A stretch of DNA of 64,000 nt, taken from assembly GCA_963782525.1 (NCBI GenBank), contig CAWAKC010000003.1, positions 288,001 through 352,000 of the forward strand, written 5' to 3'. Of this stretch, positions 50,282 to 60,176 are shown piece after piece. Numbering within the stretch: the stretch's first letter is position 1; every line of letters begins with the position of its first letter. The DNA is from Candidatus Bathyarchaeota archaeon (lineage in GTDB: Archaea > Thermoproteota > Bathyarchaeia > Bathyarchaeales > Bathycorpusculaceae). Below the pieces are notes generated by a model. That model searched no databases and was not told the DNA's origin. It was given only the letters and a program-made list of their open reading frames with translations. The position numbers were made by a program, and so were the translations under genes.

Positions 50282-50821
50282 TTATTTTTTTTCCTCCGAA
50301 TTTTGGTTACTTTGATTTTCTTTTTTTGTTGACTTTACAGCTACTTTGACGATGGTTGGCCGTATAACTTTGCCACGCATCATGTAGCCTTTCCTGATTT
50401 CTTCTAGAACCGTGCACTCGGGCACATCTTCTTTTTCTTCGGTGACGACGGCGTTGTGGCGGGCTGGATCAAAAATTTTGCCCTCTGGGCTCTCTATTGG
50501 TGTAACGCCTTCTTGCTCAAGAACCTTTCTGAGCTTCTTCAACGTCAATTCAACTCCCTCAATCAGGGATTCGGGAGAGGTGGAGATTTCTCCGTTCTTA
50601 ACTGCCAACTCTAACTCATCCACCACATCTAACAGCGAAATAATAATGCGTTCGTTGCTATAGTTTTTAATTTGCTCCGCTTCTCTATCGAAACGTTTCT
50701 TTTGATTCTCGAAATCTGCCTGCAAATATCTTAGCCTCGTCAGATAATCTTCGGAACGCTTCTTCTCAGATTCCAAAAGCTCCTCAAAATTAACTGGCTG
50801 AGGCTCTTGCGCATCAACCAT
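50282..50821 (-). CDS. grpE: Nucleotide exchange factor GrpE
   Basis: 'QADFEN..KR', 'FDPARHNAV', 'KGYM...VIRP..V.V'; abuts dnaK. Confidence 0.95.
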   Translation of the reverse strand: MVDAQEPQPVNFEELLESEKKRSEDYLTRLRYLQADFENQKKRFDREAEQIKNYSNERIIISLLDVVDELELAVKNGEISTSPESLIEGVELTLKKLRKVLEQEGVTPIESPEGKIFDPARHNAVVTEEKEDVPECTVLEEIRKGYMMRGKVIRPTIVKVAVKSTKKENQSNQNSEEKK

Positions 50822-50955
50822 TAGCTTGTCCTCCTCTTGCTAGACGAATCCGAACTAATAAACGCAATCAGTGGATGCAATTTGCTGTGGATTATTATTG
50901 CGGGGAAATACCCTGACATTGGAGCATTTTTTTGAAGGGACATGGCTTTTTCTCC

Positions 50956-51360
50956 TTAACTAATGTATTTTGGTTTTTTAGTTTTTGATACGTCCGGTTC
51001 TTGGGGTGGCAAAGCAGGGGTTTGGCTTTGATTAATTTGCCCGCCTTGAGCTAGGCCAGCTTGTTCAACTAGTTTTTTGAAGATGATTTCGGCGACTTGG
51101 TCTCCGACTGATTCTTCTTTAAGTTCGTTGCTGAAGGCATGTTTTTTAAAGGATTCAACTATTTCGTTTTTATCTATGCAAATTGTAGGTTTTGCGCTTT
51201 CATTCCAGGCTGCGGTCATTAGTTTATAGCCTAATTCAATGAATATGTTTACCATAGTGGTGTAATCTATATCTAGAGGTGCATCCCCCGTTAGGAAGCG
51301 CCCTTTTGTAAGCAGGATTTTTTTATCGTTTTCCGGCGTTACTGTTAAGCTTCTACGCAT
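50956..51360 (-). CDS. Hypothetical protein
   Basis: GGTGA RBS, ATG start, 134 aa. Confidence 0.65.
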   Translation of the reverse strand: MRRSLTVTPENDKKILLTKGRFLTGDAPLDIDYTTMVNIFIELGYKLMTAAWNESAKPTICIDKNEIVESFKKHAFSNELKEESVGDQVAEIIFKKLVEQAGLAQGGQINQSQTPALPPQEPDVSKTKKPKYIS

Positions 51361-51541
51361 TTATTCACCAGCGTTTGGTGCCTTTTGCACCGCTTCACCT
51401 TAAGCACACTTGTGCATGGTTGCTTATAAATTTTCTGCAAAAAATAACAAAAAGCCAAGAAAAGAACGTTCAAAAAGCGGTTAAGCACACATTTCAATAC
51501 GTTAAGCTTTCACAAAATCTAAAACTATCTCTAAAGCCGAG

Positions 51542-52078
51542 TTATGGGTTACTTTCAGGCACAAGTTGAACTCTATTAATCAGCAACATGTCATGGGCAT
51601 AGTCGACTTGGCAATCAAAAAGATAGGTTTGGTTAACCACAATGCTGCCATACAAAGTCGCGTTGTTGGCAATGTAGAACGTCCGACCGTTAGCAAGATT
51701 AACCGCATAGTGCACGGAGGGTTTATCGTTAACTGCAACTTTTGAAATTACCAAGCCCCCTTGAGGATTAACACTTTGGATTTGTAACATATGGTCGTTA
51801 AAGTTGATGCGGCAATCAAAAAGGTACGTTTGGTTTTCTATAATGCTGTTATAGAGCACCGTATCGTTTTGGATGTAGAGTGTTCGTCCATCCGAGAGGC
51901 TAACCCCGTAATTTACTTTGGGCTTATCGGTGATTGGCGATTTTGACGTCACCAGCCCCCTCTCTTCGTCAGGAGCAGTTGAGTTGGTTATGGCATCTTG
52001 AGTGACTAAGACAATGACTCCTAAAGCAACCATCGAAACCATTACAGCGCCAAGCACAGTTAATTTGAAAGCATCCAT
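51542..52078 (-). CDS. Membrane-anchored protein with two tandem ~65-aa repeats
   Basis: N-terminal TM; GLVxSK...DKPxVxYxVxLxxGRTxYIxN...NQTYLFDC...DxML occurs twice. Confidence 0.75.
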   Translation of the reverse strand: MDAFKLTVLGAVMVSMVALGVIVLVTQDAITNSTAPDEERGLVTSKSPITDKPKVNYGVSLSDGRTLYIQNDTVLYNSIIENQTYLFDCRINFNDHMLQIQSVNPQGGLVISKVAVNDKPSVHYAVNLANGRTFYIANNATLYGSIVVNQTYLFDCQVDYAHDMLLINRVQLVPESNP

Positions 52079-52172
52079 GTCATGACCCCCTCAGACTGCT
52101 TGATATAGAACGGGTTCTTAATAAAAAAATCGATAACTGATCGGAAAAAACGAAAAGGAAGAGGATTCGGCG

Positions 52173-54980
52173 TTATTGCTTTAGCTGCTTTTTGACTGCT
52201 TCCTCAGCCGCCTGAACTACATCCGAAAGCTTTTCAGGTTTTGTGCCGCCGCCCTGCGCAAAGTTTGGTCTTCCGCCGCCTCCCCCGCCAAAAATCGGCG
52301 CCGCCTCCTTTACGATGGCTCCAGCATTGATACCTTTCTGCACGGCGATTTCACCAGCCATAACCATGAGCCTGCAAGTTTTGCCGGCTGAACCATAGAA
52401 GAGGGTGACGGTTGCGTCGTTACGTTTTATGAGTTCACTGCCTGTCCGCAACATTCGATCGGAATCGATTTCTTCGCCAAAGTCTCGTTTAACGATGGTT
52501 ACACCGTTGATTTCGGTAGCTGCTTCGCAACTTTGTGTTTGGCCAACTGTGCTTTCTTTAGTTGCGAGTTCTTTGATTAGTTTGCGTTTTTCAGCAGTTA
52601 CTTCTTTGAGTTCTTTTACGACTTTTTCTGCGGTTTTGTCGAGTTTATCTATGGGTGATGTAAGGGCTTCAGAGACTTTCCACAGCAAACTCTCCTGGTC
52701 CTGAACTGCCTTTAATGCTTTAAGCCCAACCGCGTAGCCTAACCGTTCTACTCCGTCTTGAACGCGTTCAGTGTAGACGATTTTTACAAAGCCCACTTCG
52801 CCGGTGTGCCCAAGGTGTGTGCCTGCACATGCTTCAACATCCCAATCGCCCGTCTTAACGACACGGATGTCCTTGCCGGGAACCGCTCCGCCCTGGTACA
52901 ACCTGAAGCCGTAGCGAGATTCTGCTTCATTGCGTGGCAGCCAAGTGGTTTCCACTTTCATGTTTGCGCCGATAGCTTGGTTTGCGAGGGTTTCGATTTG
53001 GTGGATTTCTTCCTGGGTTAGTCTGCGGTAGTGTGAGATATCGAGGCGAGAGGTTTCTAAGCCTTTTTGGGTGCCTGATTGCCAAACGTGCTCGCCCAAA
53101 ACGCGCCTTGCGGCGCCGTTGATGAGGTGAGTTACGGTGTGGGCTTTCATTAGGGAATAGCGTCTATCCCAATCAACTGTACCGTGGATGATGCTGCCTT
53201 CATCGAATGTAGCGAGCTCTTTGAGTTTGTGAACGATAACTTTGCCGATTTTCTGAACATCAACCACATCAAACTTGGTGTTGCCGCTTGTTAGCCAGCC
53301 TTGGTCGGTCGGTTGACCACCGCCTTCAGGGTACAAGCAGGTCTTATCCAGTACAACGTAGGTGCCGTTGATTATTTTTAGGACTTTAGCATCAAATTCT
53401 TTCTGGTAAACGTCTGAATAGTACAGTTGCTCAGTTGCAGGTAGTTGCTCCGCCACTTTTTGAAGAGCCTGCTCAGCCTGTGCCTCTTCCTCCTCCACGG
53501 GTTTTGGAGCCTGCATATGGCGGTTAGCGATTAATGCGTAAAAGTTCTCGGGAACCTCAACTTCGACGCCTTCTTTTTCAGCAGCTTGCTTAACGATTTC
53601 TGGGGGAAGCCCATGTGAATCGTACAGTTCCGAGAGGGTATCCATAGGAAGTTTGCCTGTGCCTTTGGATTTGAGGTCAGCTGCGATGCGTTTAACCATG
53701 CCTTCGCCGCGTTTGAGGGTTTCCACAAATTTTTCTTCTTCGACTTTAAGCATTTCTATGATTTCATTTTGCATTTGTTTGATGCGTGGGAAGTCTTGGC
53801 CCCAGTAATCCGCCTGCATGTCGATTATGTCGTAGAGATTTGCGGGTTCCATGTTTAGAGAACGCATTAGGCGGTAGACGCGGCGGAAAAGCAGCCTTGC
53901 TAGGTAGCCTTCTTGGATGTTGGATGGCACGACGCCTTCTGAGAGCATGAAGCTGAGGGTTTTGGTGTGGTCGGTAACTGCCCAAGCGTTCTCGATTGGA
54001 ACAAGAACTTTCTCCAGCGTTGGCAAGTCAATGCCTGTAAGTTCAGAAACACGTTTTCTGGCGACCATTCGGTTTGCGCGTTTGTCAACGCTAACTAAAC
54101 CTGAATATTTGGCGACTCGCATCAGGAATATGTTGTCGATGTTGGTTATTCCCGCCATAGACATGACTTTATCAAGTAAGTTGCCGTAGATGGCTTGGAA
54201 GAGGCTTGGAACACCTTGACTTATCCATGTAAAACGGTCAATGCCATACCCTGTGTCTACGGTGCGGATGGGTAGTTCGACAAAGTCGTCGCCGACAACC
54301 TTGTACTGCATGAAGACTAATGTGCCAACTTCGAGGCCGCGGCAGATGCATTCAACGTCTGGACCGGCGTTTCCTCCGCCAACCCAAACGCCCTCCTTGT
54401 AGATTACTTCTTCAGATTTTATGCCGAGGCATTCGGTGGCAAAGCGGTGGTGGAATCGGACGGTGTCGTCTTTCCAGTAGACTTCTTTGTCGGGGTAGTT
54501 GAAAGCATGAGCTCCGCCCATCTCAAAGATGGTTAAGTGCCGTCCGAATGTAGGTCCTGTGTTGGATATGTCAGTTAATCTGATGCATGGTTGCGAAATC
54601 ACAAGCGGGTTAGCTGGAGGCGGCGCTATTCCCTCAGTAACATAAGGCTGAAAATCGATGATGCTTGCATGAGTTAAGTAAATGTCCTTTCTCCAACGGG
54701 CCACAACTGGATAGGGCTTAATCCGCGTGTGGCCGTTCTTTTCAAAAAACGATAAGAATGCTTCCCGCATCTCAGGGAGACTGAATTTTTTGGTTGTTGC
54801 AGGTTTTCCCAGAAAAGTGTAACATCCACACTCGTCTGAGCCAGATTCACCACAAGTTTCCTGATCTGCATTCTGTGTCCAGAAGTATTCGCCGCATTTT
54901 GGACAATGTTTTCTTATAAAGCCTTCTTGTTTGAAGAATGGAAGCGCATAAGCGTCTGCTGGGAAACTTTTTTCAACCAT
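52173..54980 (-). CDS. alaS: Alanyl-tRNA synthetase (archaeal type)
   Basis: 'ANPLVISQPCIR', 'VDTGYGIDR', editing HTxxH and 'CAGTH', C-terminal GGGGG. Confidence 0.97.
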   Translation of the reverse strand: MVEKSFPADAYALPFFKQEGFIRKHCPKCGEYFWTQNADQETCGESGSDECGCYTFLGKPATTKKFSLPEMREAFLSFFEKNGHTRIKPYPVVARWRKDIYLTHASIIDFQPYVTEGIAPPPANPLVISQPCIRLTDISNTGPTFGRHLTIFEMGGAHAFNYPDKEVYWKDDTVRFHHRFATECLGIKSEEVIYKEGVWVGGGNAGPDVECICRGLEVGTLVFMQYKVVGDDFVELPIRTVDTGYGIDRFTWISQGVPSLFQAIYGNLLDKVMSMAGITNIDNIFLMRVAKYSGLVSVDKRANRMVARKRVSELTGIDLPTLEKVLVPIENAWAVTDHTKTLSFMLSEGVVPSNIQEGYLARLLFRRVYRLMRSLNMEPANLYDIIDMQADYWGQDFPRIKQMQNEIIEMLKVEEEKFVETLKRGEGMVKRIAADLKSKGTGKLPMDTLSELYDSHGLPPEIVKQAAEKEGVEVEVPENFYALIANRHMQAPKPVEEEEAQAEQALQKVAEQLPATEQLYYSDVYQKEFDAKVLKIINGTYVVLDKTCLYPEGGGQPTDQGWLTSGNTKFDVVDVQKIGKVIVHKLKELATFDEGSIIHGTVDWDRRYSLMKAHTVTHLINGAARRVLGEHVWQSGTQKGLETSRLDISHYRRLTQEEIHQIETLANQAIGANMKVETTWLPRNEAESRYGFRLYQGGAVPGKDIRVVKTGDWDVEACAGTHLGHTGEVGFVKIVYTERVQDGVERLGYAVGLKALKAVQDQESLLWKVSEALTSPIDKLDKTAEKVVKELKEVTAEKRKLIKELATKESTVGQTQSCEAATEINGVTIVKRDFGEEIDSDRMLRTGSELIKRNDATVTLFYGSAGKTCRLMVMAGEIAVQKGINAGAIVKEAAPIFGGGGGGRPNFAQGGGTKPEKLSDVVQAAEEAVKKQLKQ

Positions 54981-55363
54981 TATGGATGCCTCTTTTTGAT
55001 TTGTTGTGGGATGGGTTTATGGGTTTCACGGATTTAAATATAAGCATAAGAATGGGGTAATTGGAACCCTCTCACATTTTGAGTTTTTAGCTTGAATTAT
55101 TTCAAAGCAGTTTTAACCAGTTTTAACAGTAAATAGAAGGCTGGGGGCTGCGAATTTTTTCTAATCGAGGAGAATTGGGCAGGATTAGAGTTTACCTATG
55201 CAGCCCCGCAACTTAGCGAACAATCAATCAAGTTAACTTAAAAGAATTTTCCCAAAACTTTCCCTAAACTATTTTTCTGAAAAGAGTATTTAAACTAGAA
55301 AAAAGTGCCGGTTGTTTTAAAATAAAAAGGAACCGCCAGCAACAACCGGTTTCCCATATACGC

Positions 55364-55735
55364 CTATGCTTGACAAACAATAACGTGTCTGGGTTTCATA
55401 GTTAATGAGACTTTGTCAGTTGTGGCTAACTCATAGTTGGTTGTGTTTTTGATTGCTTTTTTGGGGCAGCTTTCGGCGCATTGGTAGCAGAAGAGGCATT
55501 TGGATAGGTTGAATTGTGGACGTTTTTTTCCATTGTAGAATTCAACCATTTCTATTGCGCCCCCAGGACAGTCTCTGCTGCAGAGCCCACAACCTATACA
55601 GATTTTGCAGTCGAGTTGCATTTGTCCTCGAAAACTATCGTGTAATTGAGGCTTAACATAAGGGTATCCAGCTGTTGCAGGCTTAGTAAACACAAATGAT
55701 GCTACTTTTTTAAATATGGGGGATATTTTCGCCAA
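55364..55735 (-). CDS. 2x[4Fe-4S] NuoI/EchF-like subunit
   Basis: 'KPATAGYP...FRG', CIGCGLCSRDCP, CLFCYQCAESCP. Confidence 0.88.
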   Translation of the reverse strand: MAKISPIFKKVASFVFTKPATAGYPYVKPQLHDSFRGQMQLDCKICIGCGLCSRDCPGGAIEMVEFYNGKKRPQFNLSKCLFCYQCAESCPKKAIKNTTNYELATTDKVSLTMKPRHVIVCQA

Positions 55736-56030
55736 TTTTTTCCACTCCTTTAACTCTTGGTGGGCAAAAGCAGAGAAAAATGGAATTGTCTCTTTGTTCG
55801 CTGAGTTACTATGGCAAATTAAGAAGTTTTGTTTCCGCCTAAACCTTGGCGATGGTGTTCCACTTTAGCTCAAGAGAGACTTTGATGGCGATGTTAATTG
55901 GTGTTGTTGTATGCTTTTGCCCAACATAACAGTGTTATAGGTGCCTTTTATTGTTTACGCTTTTCCACAAATTTAAAGCCCGCTAAAAGCTTATTTTTAG
56001 ATTTATGGCAAAATTTAAAACGATATACCA

Positions 56031-57371
56031 CTAATCCGAATGCCAACCGCTAATCAGTCTGAAATCAGGAATACCACGCTTTTCTTGGCCATAACGCCGA
56101 AAAGGCTTAGTCAAATGACGCTGAGATCTAGTTGAAGTCAAATACAAACCTACCTTAATTTTTCGGGAATTAATCAATTCTTGCTTTTTCAAAGCGCTAT
56201 ATTTACCGCCGCATTTTTCACAACGCATACCCTGTTTTTTACCCATCGACTTCAAGCGTCTTCCGCAGTTGGGGCAGAGCGGGTTTTCAAGGGTTACTTG
56301 TTGTGCAAGTTCAAGAATTTTGATTTTTTCCAAGTTGATCGTTAAAGGCTTGCTCACGGTCGCTTTATGAACCGCACCAAAAACTTCAATGCTATCGCCA
56401 ATAAATAATTCCCTTGCGATTTTTCGCAGGTCACCAGTGGGCTCGTAAGCGGCACAATCCACTTCTGCCGAATCATCCTTGATGGAGAAGATGACGTGGC
56501 GCAGGGGAATAATCCGGGGGTTTTGGGAAACGGTTCCTTTGGCGATGACTGAACTGTAAGACTTAAGGTCGCTTAGGACATTGACGGGTCTTAGGTGGGC
56601 GTCTGTGCCTTGGTTGCTGCGGAAAATAACCCAACGTTCGATAGGTTCGGGGGAATTGACCAAGCTAAATGCTTTTTTAACTATTTCCGCGGTTTCACCT
56701 CGGATACCAAATAAGATGGGGTCTGGACCACGAGGTGTAATGATTACTCGGCCTTTCTCCATGTCAATGTTGTTGAAAGTGCAGGGTTGGGTTAACTTAT
56801 CCATTTCAAAAATCGAGGCTTCATCGACTCTTCTTTTGGTGCCTAAGTTCTCGGGTGTGCGGTAAGCAATCAACTCGTAAGTATAGTCGTCTTCAAGGGT
56901 TTCGCCGATAGATGCTAACGCGCCGATGATGCCTCGGCAAGAGTTAAACCCTGCCGCTTCTGCACCCAACTTCTTAATTAATGCGGTTGCTTCTTTGAGG
57001 GTTACGATGGTTGTTTCGGTTCTTTTGGCGTAAGCTTTCAATTCCTCAGGAATTTTCTTGGTTTTGTAGAAGACGATTCCCGGGTCAGTGCCTTTCTCTT
57101 GCATGGCTGAGTGTTTTTCCCATAGCGCCATGGCAGTTTCTTTTATTTGGTCTTCAAATTCAATTGAGTATGTGAACCGCAAGCAGAGGGCGCCGTTGCC
57201 CCTGGTTTTCCAAGGAACGTTAGGGTTGAGCCTTATTAAACCCGGGTAATCAATAAACTGCACTTTAAATTTTTTGAGCTCCTCGATCAAAACCGCTGTT
57301 AAATAGGTGGTGCAGCCCCCATTCGTTGAATCTGTGTCATCTAACCCAATATGTATAGTCTCTGTCGTCAA
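56031..57371 (-). CDS. tiaS: tRNA(Ile2) agmatinylcytidine synthase
   Basis: 'IGLDDTDS..GGCTTY', 'LIRLNPNVPWKTRGNGA', 'SNQGTDAH', Zn ribbon, 'RHLTKP'. Confidence 0.95.
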   Translation of the reverse strand: MTTETIHIGLDDTDSTNGGCTTYLTAVLIEELKKFKVQFIDYPGLIRLNPNVPWKTRGNGALCLRFTYSIEFEDQIKETAMALWEKHSAMQEKGTDPGIVFYKTKKIPEELKAYAKRTETTIVTLKEATALIKKLGAEAAGFNSCRGIIGALASIGETLEDDYTYELIAYRTPENLGTKRRVDEASIFEMDKLTQPCTFNNIDMEKGRVIITPRGPDPILFGIRGETAEIVKKAFSLVNSPEPIERWVIFRSNQGTDAHLRPVNVLSDLKSYSSVIAKGTVSQNPRIIPLRHVIFSIKDDSAEVDCAAYEPTGDLRKIARELFIGDSIEVFGAVHKATVSKPLTINLEKIKILELAQQVTLENPLCPNCGRRLKSMGKKQGMRCEKCGGKYSALKKQELINSRKIKVGLYLTSTRSQRHLTKPFRRYGQEKRGIPDFRLISGWHSD

Positions 57372-57452
57372 CGGCGGCTACTCTCCAAGATAAAATAAAA
57401 AGATGCGTTGGAAGGTAAAAAATATTGTTAGCCTAGCCGGTTAAGGCAGTTT

Positions 57453-57734
57453 TTATATTGGGGGGTTTTCGAAAAGAACTTGTTCTTGGAATGAGGTTGG
57501 GGGCTTTTCCGTTATTATCAGAGTTAATTTTATGTTTATTTTGCCTATTTTTTCGATCTTCTGAGTGATTATCTGTTTGAATTCATCTATGCTGTCGGCT
57601 TTGACGTTTACGGAATAAGTCATAAACACCCCGTAGGTTGTGGGCTTCTTCGACGCCCTCAACTTTTTTTAAGGCCCTTAGAACTTGTTTTTCAGATCCA
57701 ATTTCGGTGTTACGAGGACGTATGCTGTGGGCAT
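57453..57734 (-). pseudogene. Lrp/AsnC ligand-binding-domain protein with two frameshifts
   Basis: MPTAYVL / NTEIGSEKQVLRALKKVEGVEEAH..GVYD / VNVKADSIDE in three frame segments; homologous to 58084-58320. Confidence 0.75.
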
Positions 57735-58083
57735 TTTTGTTTTCTCCATAAATTTTAGGGTTTAGTGGTTGGTTTCAGAGGTCCGGTTGCTCTTTATTGT
57801 TTGGGGGAAACACAAAAAGGGTCATTGTGGACCAAACCTCTTCATCCAACCGATTAAAAACTTGGTGCATTTGCGGGTAGCGAGAACTCCGACGGGTTTG
57901 CTCTCTTGTAGTTTAATTTTTTTCTGCAGGCCTTTTTCCATTTTGTCTCTACCTTCAATGCACAGGAGTGATACATCGGTCAAAAATGATTTAAAATTAT
58001 GTGATTGTAGCTTGCTAGTCACAAATGTAACAAAACAACTAAAGAAAGCCGCTACTTACTTAAAAGAAGAAAAATTGATGAGT

Positions 58084-58320
58084 CTACTTGTCTTCTACAA
58101 CAATCATTGTTAAAGTAGAACGCACTTTGTCTAACCGGCGGATTCTCCAAGTTACAATTTCTTTTAGTTTATCCATAGTGTCTGCTTTAACTCTTGCAAC
58201 TATGTCGTAGACTCCGTAAACAGCTGAGGCTTCTTCGACGCCCTCAACTTTTTTAAGCTCTTTTAAAACATCCGATTCAGAGCCTATCTCAGTATTTATT
58301 AATACAAACGCTGTAGGCAT
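58084..58320 (-). CDS. Stand-alone Lrp/AsnC ligand-binding-domain protein
   Basis: 'AFVLINTEIG.E..V...VYGVYDIVARV...VRSTLTMI'. Confidence 0.9.
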   Translation of the reverse strand: MPTAFVLINTEIGSESDVLKELKKVEGVEEASAVYGVYDIVARVKADTMDKLKEIVTWRIRRLDKVRSTLTMIVVEDK

Positions 58321-58378
58321 AACAATCCTCAACCAATAACTTAGGCACAGTTTGAATTAAAATGTTTCCTTGTTTACA

Positions 58379-59443
58379 TTAATGGGACTGTCTAATTATT
58401 TTTATTCCAGCCCACTGCAACGCAAAATACGATACAATCAGTCGGAACCACAGGTTTACCATCCTCGCCAACAAAGTCACCGAGAGCGCTAATGAAGCAG
58501 GAATCAATAAAGCATTAAACGAAACAGTCATAATCAATTCGGGGAACCCAAAAAAAGTGACGCCAACAGTTTGCAACGTTCCTGTTAAAGTAAAAACAAT
58601 CAAGACTTTATCAATTGGAACAGGATAACCTAACGCAATAAAAGACAAAGAAATAACGGAGATTTCACAGATAAAACTTAGAATGGCACAAATTGCAGGT
58701 TTAACTAATGCCTCAGGATGCTCAGTTATCTGTTTGATTCCAGCATGAAATTTATCAAGCCCATCTTCCGCTTTCAGCTTGAAATCAAAAGGGCTCCACC
58801 GTTTTCTGAAAAAAACTACAATTTTTATTGCCAAATTAAGCAAAGTTTTGGTGGCTACCGGCTTAATGCTGACATAGTAAACGATTGCCAACGCCGCAAT
58901 CGAGAGTGTGAGAACAGTAACCATTAAAAGAGTTGTTGCGATCGGCAGGGAATAGTTAACAAGCACTAAACCCAAACCAGTGCTTAACGCAGCAATTGTT
59001 ATTGTCATTGTAAAAATTTTTTGTCCAACGACCGATGCCCCGATTTTTCCTGCATCAATATCTGAGTTTTTAGCTAGCAAGTATGTTTTGGATATTTCTC
59101 CTGACCAGCCCAACTGTGGCACGGTTGCTTCAAAAAACAATCCAACCCATGTTAACAGTAAAGTTTTGCGTTTGCTAACTTTTACTGATAAGCAGTTAAG
59201 CAATCCTTGCCAGACAAGCGAAGAGAAAAACGCAAACATAAAGTAGGAAATAAATGCTGCCGAGTAGACTGCAAGGTTGGTTTTTGAGAGAATACTGACG
59301 ACTTGTGCTGGGTTGATATAGAAGTAAACATAGAGAAGGAAGGCTACTAAACCCAAAACCAAAACTAAAACAATTGGGTTTAAGCGTAAGGGTTTTGTCG
59401 CCGTTTTCATTGTGGGTTTCAAGCCTTTGTTAGACTTCGGCAA
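58379..59443 (-). CDS. Lysylphosphatidylglycerol synthase TM-domain/flippase-like protein
   Basis: Multi-TM; 'W..LL', 'VP...SGE..K.YLL', 'R....WF'. Confidence 0.8.
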   Translation of the reverse strand: MPKSNKGLKPTMKTATKPLRLNPIVLVLVLGLVAFLLYVYFYINPAQVVSILSKTNLAVYSAAFISYFMFAFFSSLVWQGLLNCLSVKVSKRKTLLLTWVGLFFEATVPQLGWSGEISKTYLLAKNSDIDAGKIGASVVGQKIFTMTITIAALSTGLGLVLVNYSLPIATTLLMVTVLTLSIAALAIVYYVSIKPVATKTLLNLAIKIVVFFRKRWSPFDFKLKAEDGLDKFHAGIKQITEHPEALVKPAICAILSFICEISVISLSFIALGYPVPIDKVLIVFTLTGTLQTVGVTFFGFPELIMTVSFNALLIPASLALSVTLLARMVNLWFRLIVSYFALQWAGIKIIRQSH

Positions 59444-59596
59444 TAAAACATTTAAGGTTTAATCGAAACCTATGTTCAATGTTTCCAATTATTGTGAGAT
59501 GCTTTTGCTGGCCAATATGATTAGAGTGAAAAATAAAAAAGAGTTGTTTCTTTATTGTTAAAAAATAAGTGTTGACGTTTCTTTTCTGAAAGCGTC

Positions 59597-59830
59597 TTAT
59601 TCTTCCATCATAATCAACGTCAGAGTCGAGCGTACACGGCTGAGGGCTCTTATTTTATGAGTAACCATGTCCTTGAGCTTCTCCATCGAGTCAGCTTTAA
59701 CCTTAGCAATAATATCGTAAACGCCATACGAGTAGTATGCTTCTACTATACCCTCAATCTTCTTGAGGTCTTTAACGATATCTTCTTCTGCTCCCGATTC
59801 AACATTTATCAACACAAAGGCTTGAGGCAT
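59597..59830 (-). CDS. Stand-alone Lrp/AsnC ligand-binding-domain protein
   Basis: 'AFVLINVESGAE...YGVYDIIAKV...VRSTLTLI'. Confidence 0.9.
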   Translation of the reverse strand: MPQAFVLINVESGAEEDIVKDLKKIEGIVEAYYSYGVYDIIAKVKADSMEKLKDMVTHKIRALSRVRSTLTLIMMEE

Positions 59831-60176
59831 ATAAGGTCTCCAACTGTACTATTGCATCACTTGACATTAATATCTTATGCAGTAAAAATGTTATTTTTCA
59901 CTTGAATCCAAAAATTATTTGAGTTCAAGGGAGCTGTCAATAAATGTTGAGGGTTACAAGTTTGTTTATTGGTCAAAATTAGATGTGCTAATTTTAATCT
60001 GTCAATTGCTGCTGTTAAGAGGGTTAAGACACAACCGCAGATACAGGCAACCGCCACCCCCATAGTTTATTCACCTGTTCAGAATTTGAATGCCTAATTG
60101 CACGTTTTTACAGCTTGTCACACAAAAGAGTTATATTAAATCGCCATGAAAGGTAGTGATTATTGCGGGGAAAAGC

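Noticed and set aside
27802-54871. Numerous antisense or alternative-frame ORFs inside acs, ATPase, dnaK, alaS and others
   Set aside because: Shadow ORFs of well-supported genes with no independent motifs
55848-55895. Fluoride (crcB) riboswitch suggested by GGCGATGGTGTTC
   Set aside because: The P1 partner would be TCGCC but reads TCCAC, no downstream TGATGAC pseudoknot segment is present, and the downstream gene is on the opposite strand
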